Position numbers and translations under genes: made by a program | Part shown: positions 12,960 through 23,434 of the stretch, one piece after another | Position numbering within the stretch: position 1 is the stretch's first letter | How the letters are laid out: every line of letters starts with the position of its first letter | Notes under the pieces: generated by a model | The model's database searches: none | The model's input: only the letters and a program-made list of their open reading frames with translations | Told to the model about the DNA's origin: nothing | Source: Candidatus Dormiibacterota bacterium | GTDB taxonomy: Bacteria; Chloroflexota; Dormibacteria; Aeolococcales; Aeolococcaceae | Assembly (NCBI GenBank): GCA_963819095.1 | Contig: CAWFUO010000010.1 | Span: forward strand, 18,219 to 82,218 | DNA length: 64,000 nucleotides | Reading direction: 5' to 3'

Positions 12960-14131
12960 GTCCCGGGTTCGGCGACGTGCGCTCGCTCTACCTGCACATC
13001 CCGTTCTGCGAGCGGAAGTGCGAGTACTGCGACTTCACGAGCGTCGCCGGGGCCACCGGCTCGGTGGCGTACATGAGCGCGCTCAACGCCGAGGTACGCC
13101 ACCTGGGCGAGCGGCTCGGGCGCCTCACCCTCGACACGGTCTTCATCGGCGGCGGAACACCATCGCTCGTCGACCCGGACCTGCTCGCGGGCCTGGTGGC
13201 GACGGTCCACGACACGTTTTCGGTGGCCCCGGACGCCGAGGTCACCATGGAGGCCAACCCGTCGAGCATCACCGCGGCGCGGGCGCAGGTCTGGAAGGCC
13301 GCGGGGGTCAACCGCATCAGCATCGGGGTGCAGAGCCTCGAAGCCGACGCCCTGCGCTTCCTCGGCCGGGTTCACGACGCCAATCGAGCCCTGGCCGCGG
13401 TCGCCGAGGTGCGTGAGGCAGGCTTCACGTCGATCAACTGCGACCTCATCTACGCGGTTCCCGGTCTCGGTGACGTTCGCTGGCGGCGCACCCTCGAGCG
13501 CGCGGCGGCGGCCGGCCCCACCCACATCTCGTGCTACGAGCTCACCGTTGAGCCGGGGACGCCCCTGCATACCCGGGTGCGGCGTGGGCTGGTCACGCCG
13601 ACCGACGGCGCTCGGGCGATGCGCCAGCATCGAATCGCGGTGGACGTGCTCGGCCGCTCGGGCTACGACCAGTACGAGGTCAGCAACTTCGCGCTGCCCG
13701 GTGAGGAATGCCGCCACAACCTCGTGTACTGGCACAACGGGTACTACGCCGCCGCCGGTGTCGGGGCGCACGGACACCTGCCGGTGGTGGCTGCCGCGGC
13801 GATCGGGCTCGACGTCGCTGCCGGGGCGGTCTCGGTCCGCCACTGGCACGGTCGCGGTATTGCCGCCTACGGCCGCGCCGTCAGGGCCGGCGAATTCCCG
13901 ATCACTGGCGCCGAGCCCGTCGGCCCCGGGATGCGAGAGCAGGAGCGGGTCATGCTCGGGCTGCGTCTTCGCGAGGGCGTCCGGCTCGGTGCCGCAAGCC
14001 TCGATGAGGCGCGCTCCCTTGAGGGGCTGGGGCTCCTCGCGATCGACGGCGACCGGGTTCGCGCCACCGAGCGGGGCGAGGCGTTGCTCAACCAGGTCAC
14101 CCTCCGGCTGGTGGGCGACCAGGCAGCCTAA
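12956..14131 (+). CDS. hemW: Radical SAM heme chaperone HemW
   Basis: LYLHIPFCERKCEYCDF, GGGTPS, QYEVSNFA, HNLVYW; located upstream of hrcA. Confidence 0.93.
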   Translation: MSPGFGDVRSLYLHIPFCERKCEYCDFTSVAGATGSVAYMSALNAEVRHLGERLGRLTLDTVFIGGGTPSLVDPDLLAGLVATVHDTFSVAPDAEVTMEANPSSITAARAQVWKAAGVNRISIGVQSLEADALRFLGRVHDANRALAAVAEVREAGFTSINCDLIYAVPGLGDVRWRRTLERAAAAGPTHISCYELTVEPGTPLHTRVRRGLVTPTDGARAMRQHRIAVDVLGRSGYDQYEVSNFALPGEECRHNLVYWHNGYYAAAGVGAHGHLPVVAAAAIGLDVAAGAVSVRHWHGRGIAAYGRAVRAGEFPITGAEPVGPGMREQERVMLGLRLREGVRLGAASLDEARSLEGLGLLAIDGDRVRATERGEALLNQVTLRLVGDQAA

Positions 14132-14140
14132 CTGGTACGC

Positions 14141-14167
14141 TTAGCACTCACCTCTGACGAGTGCTAA
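14141..14167 (+). promoter_or_regulatory. CIRCE operator (HrcA binding site)
   Basis: Perfect TTAGCACTC-N9-GAGTGCTAA upstream of hrcA, abutting a TACGCT -10-like box. Confidence 0.97.
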
Positions 14168-14210
14168 AGCGCCGCACCCGGCTGCCGCGCACCGTCACCT
14201 CTGGCCAGAC

Positions 14211-15248
14211 GTGCAACATCCAGTCCCGCTCGATCAGCGCAAGCAACAGATCCTCAAGGCCGTCGTCGCGGACTTCACCCGCACGGGGGTCCCGGTGGGA
14301 TCGGCGTCGCTTGCCGTCCACCTGGCCACCTGGTCGTCGGCGACGATCCGCAACGAGCTGGCGACCCTCAGCGAGGTCGGCTACCTCATCCAGCCGCACA
14401 CGTCGGCTGGACGGGTCCCGTCTGATCTCGGCTACCGGTACTACGTCGACTTCCTCATGGACGAGGAGGACGTGCCGCCCGCGGTTCGCCGTCAGGTGGA
14501 CCCGTTCTTCGCGGTGATGCCGACCGGCATCGAGGACATCCTCGAGATCGCTGCCACTGCGCTGGCGCAGGCCGCCGACGCCGTGAGCCTGGTGACCGCG
14601 CCGCGCGCCCTGGGGGTGCGGGTGAAGCATCTCGACCTGGTCAAGCTCAACGACGGCCAGGCGCTCCTCGTGCTCGTCCTCGAAGGCAACCTGGTCCGTC
14701 AGCAGGCGCTCACCCTGTCAACTCCCACCGAGCAGTCGGTGCTGAGCGGGATCGCCGCCGGCCTCAACGCCGTCGCGGTGGGCCTCAACGCCGCCGCCAT
14801 GTCGCGGCTGCCCAAGTCGGTGGGCGAGCACGCGGCGCTCGAGCATGAGCTGCTCACCCAGATCATCGCGTTCATGACCGTGTGCGATGCCCAGCAGGAC
14901 ACCCTGATCCTGCACGACGGGGTGCGCAACCTGCTCCATCAGCCCGAGTTCGGCGACGTCGAGCTGCTCCAGCAGGTGATCGAGGTGGTGGAGGAGGAGC
15001 GCATGCTCGCCGCCCTGATCAGCGCCGCCGATCTCGATCACGGCATCCAGATCATGATCGGCCGCGAGAGCGGGATGGCCGAGCTGTCCCGGTGCTCGCT
15101 GGTGCTCACCACCTATCGGGCAGGAGCCGAGCGGCGCGGCACCATCGGGGTGCTGGGCTCCACGCGAATGGCATACGCGCAGGTCGGCCCCCGGGTCCGG
15201 TACGTGGCCCAGCGGGTTGGTCGCGCCGTCGGGCGTGCTTTGAGCTGA
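14211..15248 (+). CDS. hrcA: Heat-inducible transcription repressor
   Basis: ILKAVVADF...PVGS...SSATIRNEL...QPHTSAGRVPSDLGYRYYVD. Confidence 0.96.
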   Translation: MQHPVPLDQRKQQILKAVVADFTRTGVPVGSASLAVHLATWSSATIRNELATLSEVGYLIQPHTSAGRVPSDLGYRYYVDFLMDEEDVPPAVRRQVDPFFAVMPTGIEDILEIAATALAQAADAVSLVTAPRALGVRVKHLDLVKLNDGQALLVLVLEGNLVRQQALTLSTPTEQSVLSGIAAGLNAVAVGLNAAAMSRLPKSVGEHAALEHELLTQIIAFMTVCDAQQDTLILHDGVRNLLHQPEFGDVELLQQVIEVVEEERMLAALISAADLDHGIQIMIGRESGMAELSRCSLVLTTYRAGAERRGTIGVLGSTRMAYAQVGPRVRYVAQRVGRAVGRALS

Positions 15249-15267
15249 GCGTGGGCATAGTGATCGC

Positions 15268-15783
15268 ATGACGACCGACGAGAACGACTTCACCGGCACG
15301 GCCCCCGAGGCCGAGCCGGCACCGGCCGCCGCCGGGGAGCCGGACGAGCGCGATGCTCGCTACCTTCGCCTCGCCGCGGACTTCGAGAACTTCAAGCGCC
15401 GCAAGGCCCAAGAGCTCGCCGACGCGCGGAGGTACGAGAGCGAGGACGCGGCGCGGGCGCTGCTGCCGGTGCTCGACAACCTGCGCCGCGCTGTGGAGCA
15501 CGCCGGTGAGGCGGGTGCCGAGGAGTTCTTCGTGAGCGGGCTCGAGCTCGTCGTTCGCGAGTTCGAGGCAGCCCTGCAGCGCCTCGGGGTCGTCCCCGTC
15601 CCGGCTGTGGGCGAGCGTTTCGACCCGGCGATCCATGACGCCATCGCGGCCGAGGAGTCGGACGACGTCACCGAGGACACCGTGATCGACGAGCTCGTCC
15701 CGGGCTACCGCCTGCATGACCGCCTGCTCCGGCCCGCGATCGTCCGGGTGGTGCGGCCCCGCCAGACCTCGCCGGCAAGCTGA
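15268..15783 (+). CDS. grpE: Nucleotide exchange factor GrpE
   Basis: YLRLAADFENFKRR, LLPVLDNL, FDPAIHDA, GYRLHDRLLRPAIV. Confidence 0.96.
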   Translation: MTTDENDFTGTAPEAEPAPAAAGEPDERDARYLRLAADFENFKRRKAQELADARRYESEDAARALLPVLDNLRRAVEHAGEAGAEEFFVSGLELVVREFEAALQRLGVVPVPAVGERFDPAIHDAIAAEESDDVTEDTVIDELVPGYRLHDRLLRPAIVRVVRPRQTSPAS

Positions 15784-15786
15784 GCG

Positions 15787-16899
15787 ATGGCGACGGTCAA
15801 GCGCGATTACTACGAGGTGCTCGGCGTCCAGCGTGATTGCACGCCCGAGCAGCTCAAGGTTGCGTACCGCAAGCTCGCCATGCAGTACCACCCCGACCGC
15901 AACAACGGCGACAAGGTCGCCGAGGAGCAGTTCAAGGAGGTCGGTGAGGCCTACTCGGTGCTGAGCGACCCGCAGAAGCGCCAGCGCTATGACGCCTTCG
16001 GCCACGTTGACGGAGCACAGCCCGACTTCGGCAACTTCTCGTTCAACTCGGCGTTCGACCTCTTCGACATGTTCTTCGGGGGCGGCGGCCGCCGTCGCGC
16101 TCGCACCGGTCCCCAGCGCGGCGACGACCTGCGCATGAACATCGAGATCACCTTCGAGGAGGCGGTGTTCGGCGCCACGCGCACCGTCGAGGTACCGCGC
16201 GCGACGCTCTGCTCCGAGTGCAACGGCTCCGGCGCCAAACCGGGCACCAGCGCCACCCAGTGCGCGACCTGCTCCGGCAGCGGACAGGTGCGCCGGACGA
16301 TGCAGTCGATCTTCGGCCAGGTCGCCAGCGTCACACCGTGCCCCACGTGTCGTGGTGAGGGCCAGGTGATCCAGGAGCCGTGCACCGTCTGCCGCGGCCA
16401 GGGTCGAATCCAGGGGCGGCACACCGTCGAGGTCACGATCCCCGCCGGTGTTGACGACGACGTCACCCTGCGCCTCACCGGCGAAGGCGAGCCGGGACCG
16501 CGCGGCGGCCCGTCGGGCGACCTGTACCTCGGCTTCCGCGTCAAGCCGCATCCCAACCTCGTGCGCCGCGGCCAGGACCTGCTCTACGAGCTCCCCATCT
16601 CCGTGACCCAGGCCGTCCTCGGCGACACCATCACCATCACAACCGTGGACGGTGAGCATCCCGTCGAGGTTGCGGCGGGGACGCAACCCGGGCGTCAGAT
16701 CAAGATGCACGGCCTCGGTGTTCCGCATGTCCGGACCGGCCGGCGCGGCGACCTCATCTGCGTCGTGCGCGTGGTGATACCGAGCCATCTGTCCCACCAG
16801 GAACGCACGCTGTACGAGCAGCTCGGCGGTCGCGAAGGCAAACCCGCCGAGGTGAAGAAGGGATTCTTCGACTCGCTCCGCGAGGCGTTTCGAGGCTGA
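15787..16899 (+). CDS. dnaJ: Chaperone DnaJ
   Basis: J domain with HPD, four CxxCxGxG repeats, C-terminal domain. Confidence 0.97.
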   Translation: MATVKRDYYEVLGVQRDCTPEQLKVAYRKLAMQYHPDRNNGDKVAEEQFKEVGEAYSVLSDPQKRQRYDAFGHVDGAQPDFGNFSFNSAFDLFDMFFGGGGRRRARTGPQRGDDLRMNIEITFEEAVFGATRTVEVPRATLCSECNGSGAKPGTSATQCATCSGSGQVRRTMQSIFGQVASVTPCPTCRGEGQVIQEPCTVCRGQGRIQGRHTVEVTIPAGVDDDVTLRLTGEGEPGPRGGPSGDLYLGFRVKPHPNLVRRGQDLLYELPISVTQAVLGDTITITTVDGEHPVEVAAGTQPGRQIKMHGLGVPHVRTGRRGDLICVVRVVIPSHLSHQERTLYEQLGGREGKPAEVKKGFFDSLREAFRG

Positions 16900-17006
16900 G
16901 CCTGCGCGCACGCGCTGACGACGTTTATGGCGTCGCCGCTGCGGGTAGGAAATAGGCGTCGCACGTGAGCGACACCAGCAGAACCTCGTTACAGGAGAAC
17001 GTCGCA

Positions 17007-17501
17007 ATGGCTGTAGTTCGTTGGAATCCGTGGAACGATCTGTTCGATCTGCATGCGCAGGTGGATCATCTGTTCCAGCCGCCCACGCCCGCGTCGGCGT
17101 CGCGCAATGGTGTCGAGTACACAGCGCTTCCGGTCGACATTCAGCAGACTGACGGCGCGTTTGTCGTCGAGGCCTCGGTTCCCGGTTTCAAGCCCGGTGA
17201 TGTCGAGGTGACCTTCGAGGATGGTGTGCTCACCATCGCCGGTCGCCGCACCACCGATGAGACCACCAAGGACGCGACGTACGTGCGCCGCGAGCGCCGC
17301 AGCACCGCCGTCTTCCGCCAGGTCGGGCTCCCCGCTGAAGTCCGTGCAGAGGACATCACCGCGTCATTCGAGAACGGCGTGCTTCGCGTCACCGTTCCGC
17401 GCGCGCAGAAGGCGCAGCCCAAGCGCATCCCGGTGACCGTTGCAGGCGGCGAGACGTCGACGGAGAACGTCGTCGAGCACGCGCCGGCCGCGACCGCCTA
17501 A
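17007..17501 (+). CDS. Small heat shock protein (Hsp20/alpha-crystallin)
   Basis: VVRWNPWNDL, ASVPG, ASFENGVLRVTVPR; AGGAG RBS. Confidence 0.93.
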   Translation: MAVVRWNPWNDLFDLHAQVDHLFQPPTPASASRNGVEYTALPVDIQQTDGAFVVEASVPGFKPGDVEVTFEDGVLTIAGRRTTDETTKDATYVRRERRSTAVFRQVGLPAEVRAEDITASFENGVLRVTVPRAQKAQPKRIPVTVAGGETSTENVVEHAPAATA

Positions 17502-17528
17502 AGCCCCCCCTCTTAGGCCTGGTCGTCC

Positions 17529-17873
17529 TTAACCGGGCGGCCAGGTCATCTGCCGTCCACCGAGCAGATGGATGTGGAGGTGGTCAACCGTCTGACCACC
17601 TTGCTTGCCGGTGTTGACGACAAGCCGGAATCCGGTCTCGTCGATACCCTCGTCCTCCGCGATGGCCTGAGCCACGTGGAGCATGCGTCCCCACAGGCCG
17701 TCCTGGGCGGGCGTGAGCTCAGCCACGGATTCGATGTGCTCGCGAGGCAGGATGAGCACGTGGACGGGCGCCTGCGGATTCACGTCGCGGATGGCGAACA
17801 CCTCGTCGTCCTCGCGGACGAAGGTGGCCGGAAGCTCGTGTGCCGCGATGGCGCAAAAGATGCAATCGTTCAT
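17529..17873 (-). CDS. Histidine triad nucleotide-binding protein
   Basis: DCIFC, PQAPVHVL, GQTVDHLHIHLLGGRQMTWPPG. Confidence 0.95.
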   Translation of the reverse strand: MNDCIFCAIAAHELPATFVREDDEVFAIRDVNPQAPVHVLILPREHIESVAELTPAQDGLWGRMLHVAQAIAEDEGIDETGFRLVVNTGKQGGQTVDHLHIHLLGGRQMTWPPG

Positions 17874-19129
17874 GAGCGCAGCAGGGTACCGCGCAGGCGG
17901 TCCCCCTCGACGGCGTCGGCGCGAACGAGGTTGAGCGCCCCCTGACGCACGACGGCCCCGTCGGTGATGAGCTCGTGATACCCGGCGGTGAGCCCGTGGG
18001 CACCCTCCCCGTCAACGGCGTCCCACGCCACCTCGTGCACACGGCCGCACGCGCGAGCGAGTGACATCGCCCCGGCACGTCGGGTCGCCCGGCGCACCTC
18101 GGCACTGCGCCGGCGCGCGGACGCGTCGTCGACGCGAGCGGCGATCGCCGTGGCGGGCGTTCCGGGACGCGGCGACCAGCGGAACACGTGGCCCTGGAGG
18201 AACCCCACCTCGTCGACGAGTGACAGGGTCTCCCAGTGGTCGTCCTCGGTCTCGCCGGGAAAGCCAACCATGATGTCGGTGGTGAACTCGGTGAGCGGAT
18301 TCACCTCACGCAGCGCGCGCACGACTCGGACGTACTGGGCGCGCCGATACCCGCGATGCATCGCGCGGAGCACGTTGTCGCTGCCGCTCTGCAGCGGCAT
18401 ATGCCAGTGCGCGCACAGTCTTGGATGCTTGTTGAGCGCGATCAGCGCGGGGGTGACGTCGTTGGCATTGACGCTGCTGAGCCGGATACGCGCGTTGCCG
18501 CCACAGATGTCGAGCAGCAACTCGAGCAACCCTGCCAAGGTGGTTCCGATGTCGCGCCCATACGATCCGAGGTCGACGCCGCAGAGCACGATCTCACCGT
18601 GATCAGCATCGATCGCGGCGCGAACTCGGTCGTGCACGGCGCACGCGGGAACACTCGATGAGACGCCGCGCGCCTGCCACACGATGCAGTACGTGCAGCG
18701 GTGGTTGCAGCCGTCCTGCACCTTGATGAACGCGCGTGAGCGCAGCATCGGAGCGTCGTGCGGCAGGTCGATGGCGCGCGACATGCTGAGCACGTGCTCG
18801 GCGATTCGTTCCTTGTCCGCGTTGGGGAAGATCGAGTCGACAGTCGTGTATGCGCCGGGATTCGCATCGACGCTGCAGCCGGTGAGCACGAGGTGTGCCT
18901 CGGGATCGAGGCGGCGCAACCGGCGGATGCGCTGGCGTGTCGTCGCATCCGCCTGTGCTGTGACGGTGCAGGAGTTGAGCACACGCACGTCGGCGCTCTC
19001 GGTCTCGGGGACGACCTCGCACCCGCCGGCGGCGAGCCTGCCCGCCAGGTCTGCCATCTCGGCGAAGTTGACCTTGCACCCGAGCACGGTGAGCGCGACC
19101 CGCAGCGGACGCTCGAGTGGCGCGCTCAT
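17870..19129 (-). CDS. mtaB: tRNA t6A37 methylthiotransferase
   Basis: LGCKVN, NSCTVT, KVQDGCNHRCTYC, DIMVGFPGET; adjacent to rsmE and HIT gene. Confidence 0.9.
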   Translation of the reverse strand: MSAPLERPLRVALTVLGCKVNFAEMADLAGRLAAGGCEVVPETESADVRVLNSCTVTAQADATTRQRIRRLRRLDPEAHLVLTGCSVDANPGAYTTVDSIFPNADKERIAEHVLSMSRAIDLPHDAPMLRSRAFIKVQDGCNHRCTYCIVWQARGVSSSVPACAVHDRVRAAIDADHGEIVLCGVDLGSYGRDIGTTLAGLLELLLDICGGNARIRLSSVNANDVTPALIALNKHPRLCAHWHMPLQSGSDNVLRAMHRGYRRAQYVRVVRALREVNPLTEFTTDIMVGFPGETEDDHWETLSLVDEVGFLQGHVFRWSPRPGTPATAIAARVDDASARRRSAEVRRATRRAGAMSLARACGRVHEVAWDAVDGEGAHGLTAGYHELITDGAVVRQGALNLVRADAVEGDRLRGTLLRS

Positions 19130-19895
19130 CGCGGCCGCGGCGCGGCCGCCGCATCGAGGTCGCCGGCCGCGGCGAGAAGCAGCGATGTCGCCACCGCCCC
19201 GGCGAGCCGGCTCGGCAGCGTGCGCGAGCCAAGGTGAACGTTGACCGCTCCGGCGGCTGCGAGCGTGCTCAGGTCGGCGGGGTCGAGGCCGCCCTCCGGG
19301 CCGATCACCAGGCCCACATCGCCGGGAACGCTCGGCACCGCACCCATGATCGGGGTCGCGGCGCGGCCGATGACGCACGCGAGGATGCGTGTTCCCAACG
19401 GGAGCTCATCCAGCGCCTGGCGAAGTGGAAGGATCGAGTGCACGTCAGGAGGCGCCGCCCGCCCTGCGAGCTGCGCCAACTCCCGCGCGATCGCGCGCCA
19501 GCGTTCAAGTCGATGGACGACACGCGAGGGGTCGGGACGCGACACGGTCCGATGGGTGAGCACCGGACGTATGGTCATCGCACCGGCCTCGGTCAACGCT
19601 TCGACCGTTGCATCCATCGCCTGCGCAGGCACCGCCTGCAGGACGTGCACGGCAAGTTCGCGGCTCGCCGCCGACAGGGCGGCTCCACACGATCGACCCG
19701 CTGAACTCGCGACGGCGTCACGTCGTCGAGCTCGACGCCATGCTCGACGGTACCGTTCTCGACGATCACGATCGTCTCGCCGGCAACGGCTCGAAGGGCC
19801 CGCGACAGATGGCTGGCGTCGGCGCCGGCGATGGTGGCGCGGCCGCCCGCAACCTGATCGGGGTCGACGAAGAATCGAGGCACGACAGCGTGCAT
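19126..19895 (-). CDS. rsmE: 16S rRNA m3U1498 methyltransferase (apparent frameshift near 19700)
   Basis: VPRFF...HLSRALR; IGPEGGL; LGSRTL. Confidence 0.88.
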
Positions 19896-19928
19896 GGTGC
19901 GGCACCCGCCTCCCGGTATGGTGGTCGC

Positions 19929-20813
19929 ATGGGCGAGATGCGGCTCACCGCGCGAACATCGGATGGCGTCGCCCTGTCGGTGGTCGTTGACGGCGAGGGC
20001 GACCCGCTGCTGCTGATCTCCGGCCTCGGCGCCGGCCGCTCGGCGTTCACACCGATCGTTCCCGACCTTGCCAAGGCGCATCGTGTGATCAGCTTCGACC
20101 CGCGCGGTATCGGCGAATCGGAAGGCATCGGCAACACGACGTTGACGGCGATGGCTGCGGATGTGGTGGCGGTCCTCGACGCCGTTGACGTTGCTGCCGC
20201 AGCAATCCTCGGTGCCTCGATGGGCGGGCTGGTGGCGCAGCACGTCGTCGTTGATCACCCCGCGCGCGTTGCCGACCTCATGCTCGCCGCCACCTCACCG
20301 GGAGGCGATGCCGGCGTCGATCCCCGGCCCGAGGACCAGGCGAAGCTCCTCGGCAAGGGAGCGAAGACCCCGGAGGAGGCGTACCGGATCGCCTGCACCG
20401 TCCTCTACTCGCCGCAGTTCCAACGCGCCCATCCGGAGTTCATCGACGCGCAGGTCCGCGAGCGCGCGGCCCATCCGGTGCGTCCGCGCGTGTTCTCCGC
20501 GCAGTTCAGCGCGATGTGGCAGCCCGACAACTCATTCACGCACCTGGCGTCGGTGGCCGTGCCAACGCTGGTCATGCACGGCACCGCGGACGTCGTGATC
20601 CCGTTCGAGAACGCGCGCATCCTCGCGCGCCAGATACCGGGCGCGCGGTTGCGCCCGTTCGACGGATGCGGCCACCTGTTCTTTCACGAGCGCCCGGCCG
20701 AGACGGCTCGCGTTGTGATCGAGCACCTGCGCGCCGGCGCGAGTGCTGGTCAGGCCTCGTCGGAAGCGGAGTCGTCCTCGCCGAGCAAGGAGTCGTCAGC
20801 CACGGGATCCTGA
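19929..20813 (+). CDS. Alpha/beta fold hydrolase
   Basis: FDPRGIGES, GASMGG nucleophile elbow, HGTADVVIP, GCGHL. Confidence 0.9.
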   Translation: MGEMRLTARTSDGVALSVVVDGEGDPLLLISGLGAGRSAFTPIVPDLAKAHRVISFDPRGIGESEGIGNTTLTAMAADVVAVLDAVDVAAAAILGASMGGLVAQHVVVDHPARVADLMLAATSPGGDAGVDPRPEDQAKLLGKGAKTPEEAYRIACTVLYSPQFQRAHPEFIDAQVRERAAHPVRPRVFSAQFSAMWQPDNSFTHLASVAVPTLVMHGTADVVIPFENARILARQIPGARLRPFDGCGHLFFHERPAETARVVIEHLRAGASAGQASSEAESSSPSKESSATGS

Positions 20814-22433
20814 TGCCCGTTGCCGTTCTCATCGCCGTTGCCGTTCGAGTGTCCGTTGCCGTTGCCATTGCCGTTGCCGTGCTCGGCACTCGCCGCGCGC
20901 ACCGGTACCAACTGGGCCGGCGCCGTGGCGGTCGCGGTCGTCTCGCGGATCACGGTCACCTTGATGACGCCGGGGTACTGCATCTCCGACTCGATCTCTC
21001 GCGCGATCTCGCTACTCAGCGGCGGCATGTCGGTGTCCTTCACCTGCGACGCCTTGACGAACACGCGCAACTCGCGCCCCGCCTGCAGCGGGAATGCACG
21101 ATCGACGCCGCCGTGGCGGGTCGCGATCGTCTGCAGCTGCTCGAGGCGGAGCAGGTACGTGGCCAGGGTGTCGCGGCGCGCGCCCGGGCGTGACGCGGAG
21201 ATCGCATCGGCACAGATCGTCAGCATCGCGAGGTCGGTCGACGGCTCCTCGTCGAAGTGGTGCGCCTTGACCGCGTGGACGATGCCGGGATCGACGCCGA
21301 GGAACTCGGAGCAACTCGCCGCCGATGATCGCGTGCACACCCTCGACGTCGTGGTCGACTGCCTTGCCAATGTCGTGGAGCATGCCCGCCTGCCGGGCGA
21401 GGCTCTGAGGGAGTCCCATCTCCGCGGCAAGCACGCCGCAGAGATGCCCGGTCTCCTCGCAGTGGAGCAGCGCGTTCTGCCCGTACGAGAAGCGGTGGTG
21501 CAGCGTGCCCACCAGCTCCGCGAGCTCGGGGCGGCCTTCAATCTGCATGAGCCAGAGCGCGCGCTCGCCGATCTCGAGGACGCGGCGCTGCGTCGTCCGC
21601 CGTGCCTTCTGGATCACCGGGGGCACCTCGGTGGCCTGCATGCGCCGGTCGACGACCTCGAGGGCCGCCTGGCGGGCGATCTCGCGCCCGATGGGATCAA
21701 CGGTACGGAGCGTTGCCTGCTGCTTCTCCGGGTCGACGCCAAGCTCGGCACCGGTCTGCTCAGCGATCACGGTGAGTGCCGAGACCAGCCGCTCGCGGGC
21801 GTGGTCGTCGAGGCCCTCGAGTGAGAGCGGCGACATCCTCGGGGCGCTGTCAACGTTGGAGGCGTCCTGACGCTCCACCGCCTGGACGATGAGGTCGTTG
21901 GCGCTCGTCTCGACGCGGTCGCCGATGATCTCGGCCACCGTCGCCTCGACAAGCGCCGCTCGCTCCGCCACGAGCTCGGACTGAACCCGCTCCAGCACGA
22001 GCGTCGCCGCCCCGTCGCGGTCGAGTGCGGCCTTGGCGCGGAGCGTCTCCTCGATCAACGCGGCCTGCTCGGCGACGTGCACGCGACGTTCCTCGATCTC
22101 ATCGCGGCGCTTGCGGTACGCAAACCGTCGGTCATCGAAGATCTCGCGGCGTTCGCGGAGGTGTTTGTGGCGCTCGGCGATCACCGCCTCGCGGCCCTCC
22201 ACCGCCGCGAGGCGTTCTTTCACCTCTTCCATCGCCGCTTCGTGCGAGTGGAGCGCGGACGTCCGCGCCTCGGCGACCAGGGTGGCCGCGTACTGGCTGG
22301 CGTCAGCGAGGCTCTGGCTCACCAGCGGTGCCGGCGAGGCATCCTCCTTCCCCCGTCGCGCGTTGAACATCGCGACGGCTCCGACCGCGGCCAGAACCAC
22401 GGCGATGACGATCAGGACGACTGCGATGATCAT
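20750..22433 (-). CDS. RNase Y-like HD nuclease with degenerate KH domain (apparent frameshift near 21305)
   Basis: N-terminal TM and coiled coil; RFSYGQN, LHDIGKA, HAIIG, HH, ADAISASRPGARR, QAGRELRV, YPGVIKVTVIRE. Confidence 0.85.
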
Positions 22434-22457
22434 GTGGAGAAGGGTTTCAGGTGAGGG

Positions 22458-23372
22458 TCAGGCGCTGACCGCCAGGTCGAATGGGTCGCTTGCCTCGGCG
22501 ATGAGCCGCTGGGCGAAGAGGTTGGCGGCGGGAGGCAGGGTGCGTCGCCGATCCCAGCAGAGGGCCATGGTACGCGCGATCGGCGGGTCGCGAAGCGGGA
22601 TCACCGCCACCCGGTTGCTCGGCACCGGCAGTGGCATCGGCATCAGGGTCGTTCCCAGGCCGGCTTCGACCAGCCCCTGGACGATCGTGAAGTCGTCGCC
22701 CTCGTAGGCGACATGGGTGGTCAGCCCCTGGGCCGCGAACGCCGCATCAATGACCCGCCGGAGCCCGCTTCGGGATCGGGGCAGGATGAGCGGTTCGCCC
22801 GCGACGTCCTCGAGCGTGCAGGAGCTCCGGCCGACCAGTCGGTGGGTGACCGGGACCACCACGGCCACGCGCTCGCGGAAGAGGGGATGGATCTCGAGAT
22901 CGACCACGCCCGTGGGCGGGGGGCCGAGGATGCCGAGATCGTAGTCACCGCCGAGGACCCCGCTCATCACCTCGGCGGTGGTGCCCTCCTCCAGGGTGAA
23001 GCGCACGGCGGGATAGCTCTCGAGGAATCGTGCGAGCCGCTCGGGCAGCCAGCGGGCGCCGACGGTGTGGAGGAACGCGACGCAGACCCGGCCGCTCTCC
23101 GCGGCGACGGCCCCCTCGGCCTCGGCGATGGCATCGCGGAGGTCGTCGAGGATGCGTTCCGCACGCCCCACCAGCCGCCGCCCGGCCTGGGTCAGACGAA
23201 TGTTCCGGCCGATCCGCTCGAAGAGCAGCACCCCGACCTCCTGCTCCAACCGGGCCACCTTTCGGGAGACCGTCGATTGATCAGCTTGCAGCGCTTCCGC
23301 CGCCCGCGAGAGGTGCTCAACCTTCGCGACCTCGACGAAAGTGCGTAGAAGGTCGGCATTGATGCGGTCCAT
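22458..23372 (-). CDS. LysR-type transcriptional regulator
   Basis: N-terminal HTH (LSRAAEAL...QSTVSRKVARLE...LFERIGR) plus substrate-binding domain. Confidence 0.95.
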   Translation of the reverse strand: MDRINADLLRTFVEVAKVEHLSRAAEALQADQSTVSRKVARLEQEVGVLLFERIGRNIRLTQAGRRLVGRAERILDDLRDAIAEAEGAVAAESGRVCVAFLHTVGARWLPERLARFLESYPAVRFTLEEGTTAEVMSGVLGGDYDLGILGPPPTGVVDLEIHPLFRERVAVVVPVTHRLVGRSSCTLEDVAGEPLILPRSRSGLRRVIDAAFAAQGLTTHVAYEGDDFTIVQGLVEAGLGTTLMPMPLPVPSNRVAVIPLRDPPIARTMALCWDRRRTLPPAANLFAQRLIAEASDPFDLAVSA

Positions 23373-23398
23373 GCATCAATCTCACCCTAAATGTGCTG

Positions 23399-23427
23399 TT
23401 GATGTCAATGACCCCAGCGGGTAGGCT
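23399..23427 (+). promoter_or_regulatory. Sigma70-type promoter divergent from lysR
   Basis: TTGATG-N17-TAGGCT, GTG 7 nt downstream; CATCAA...TTGATG inverted pair in the intergenic region. Confidence 0.55.
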
Positions 23428-23434
23428 AGACAAC

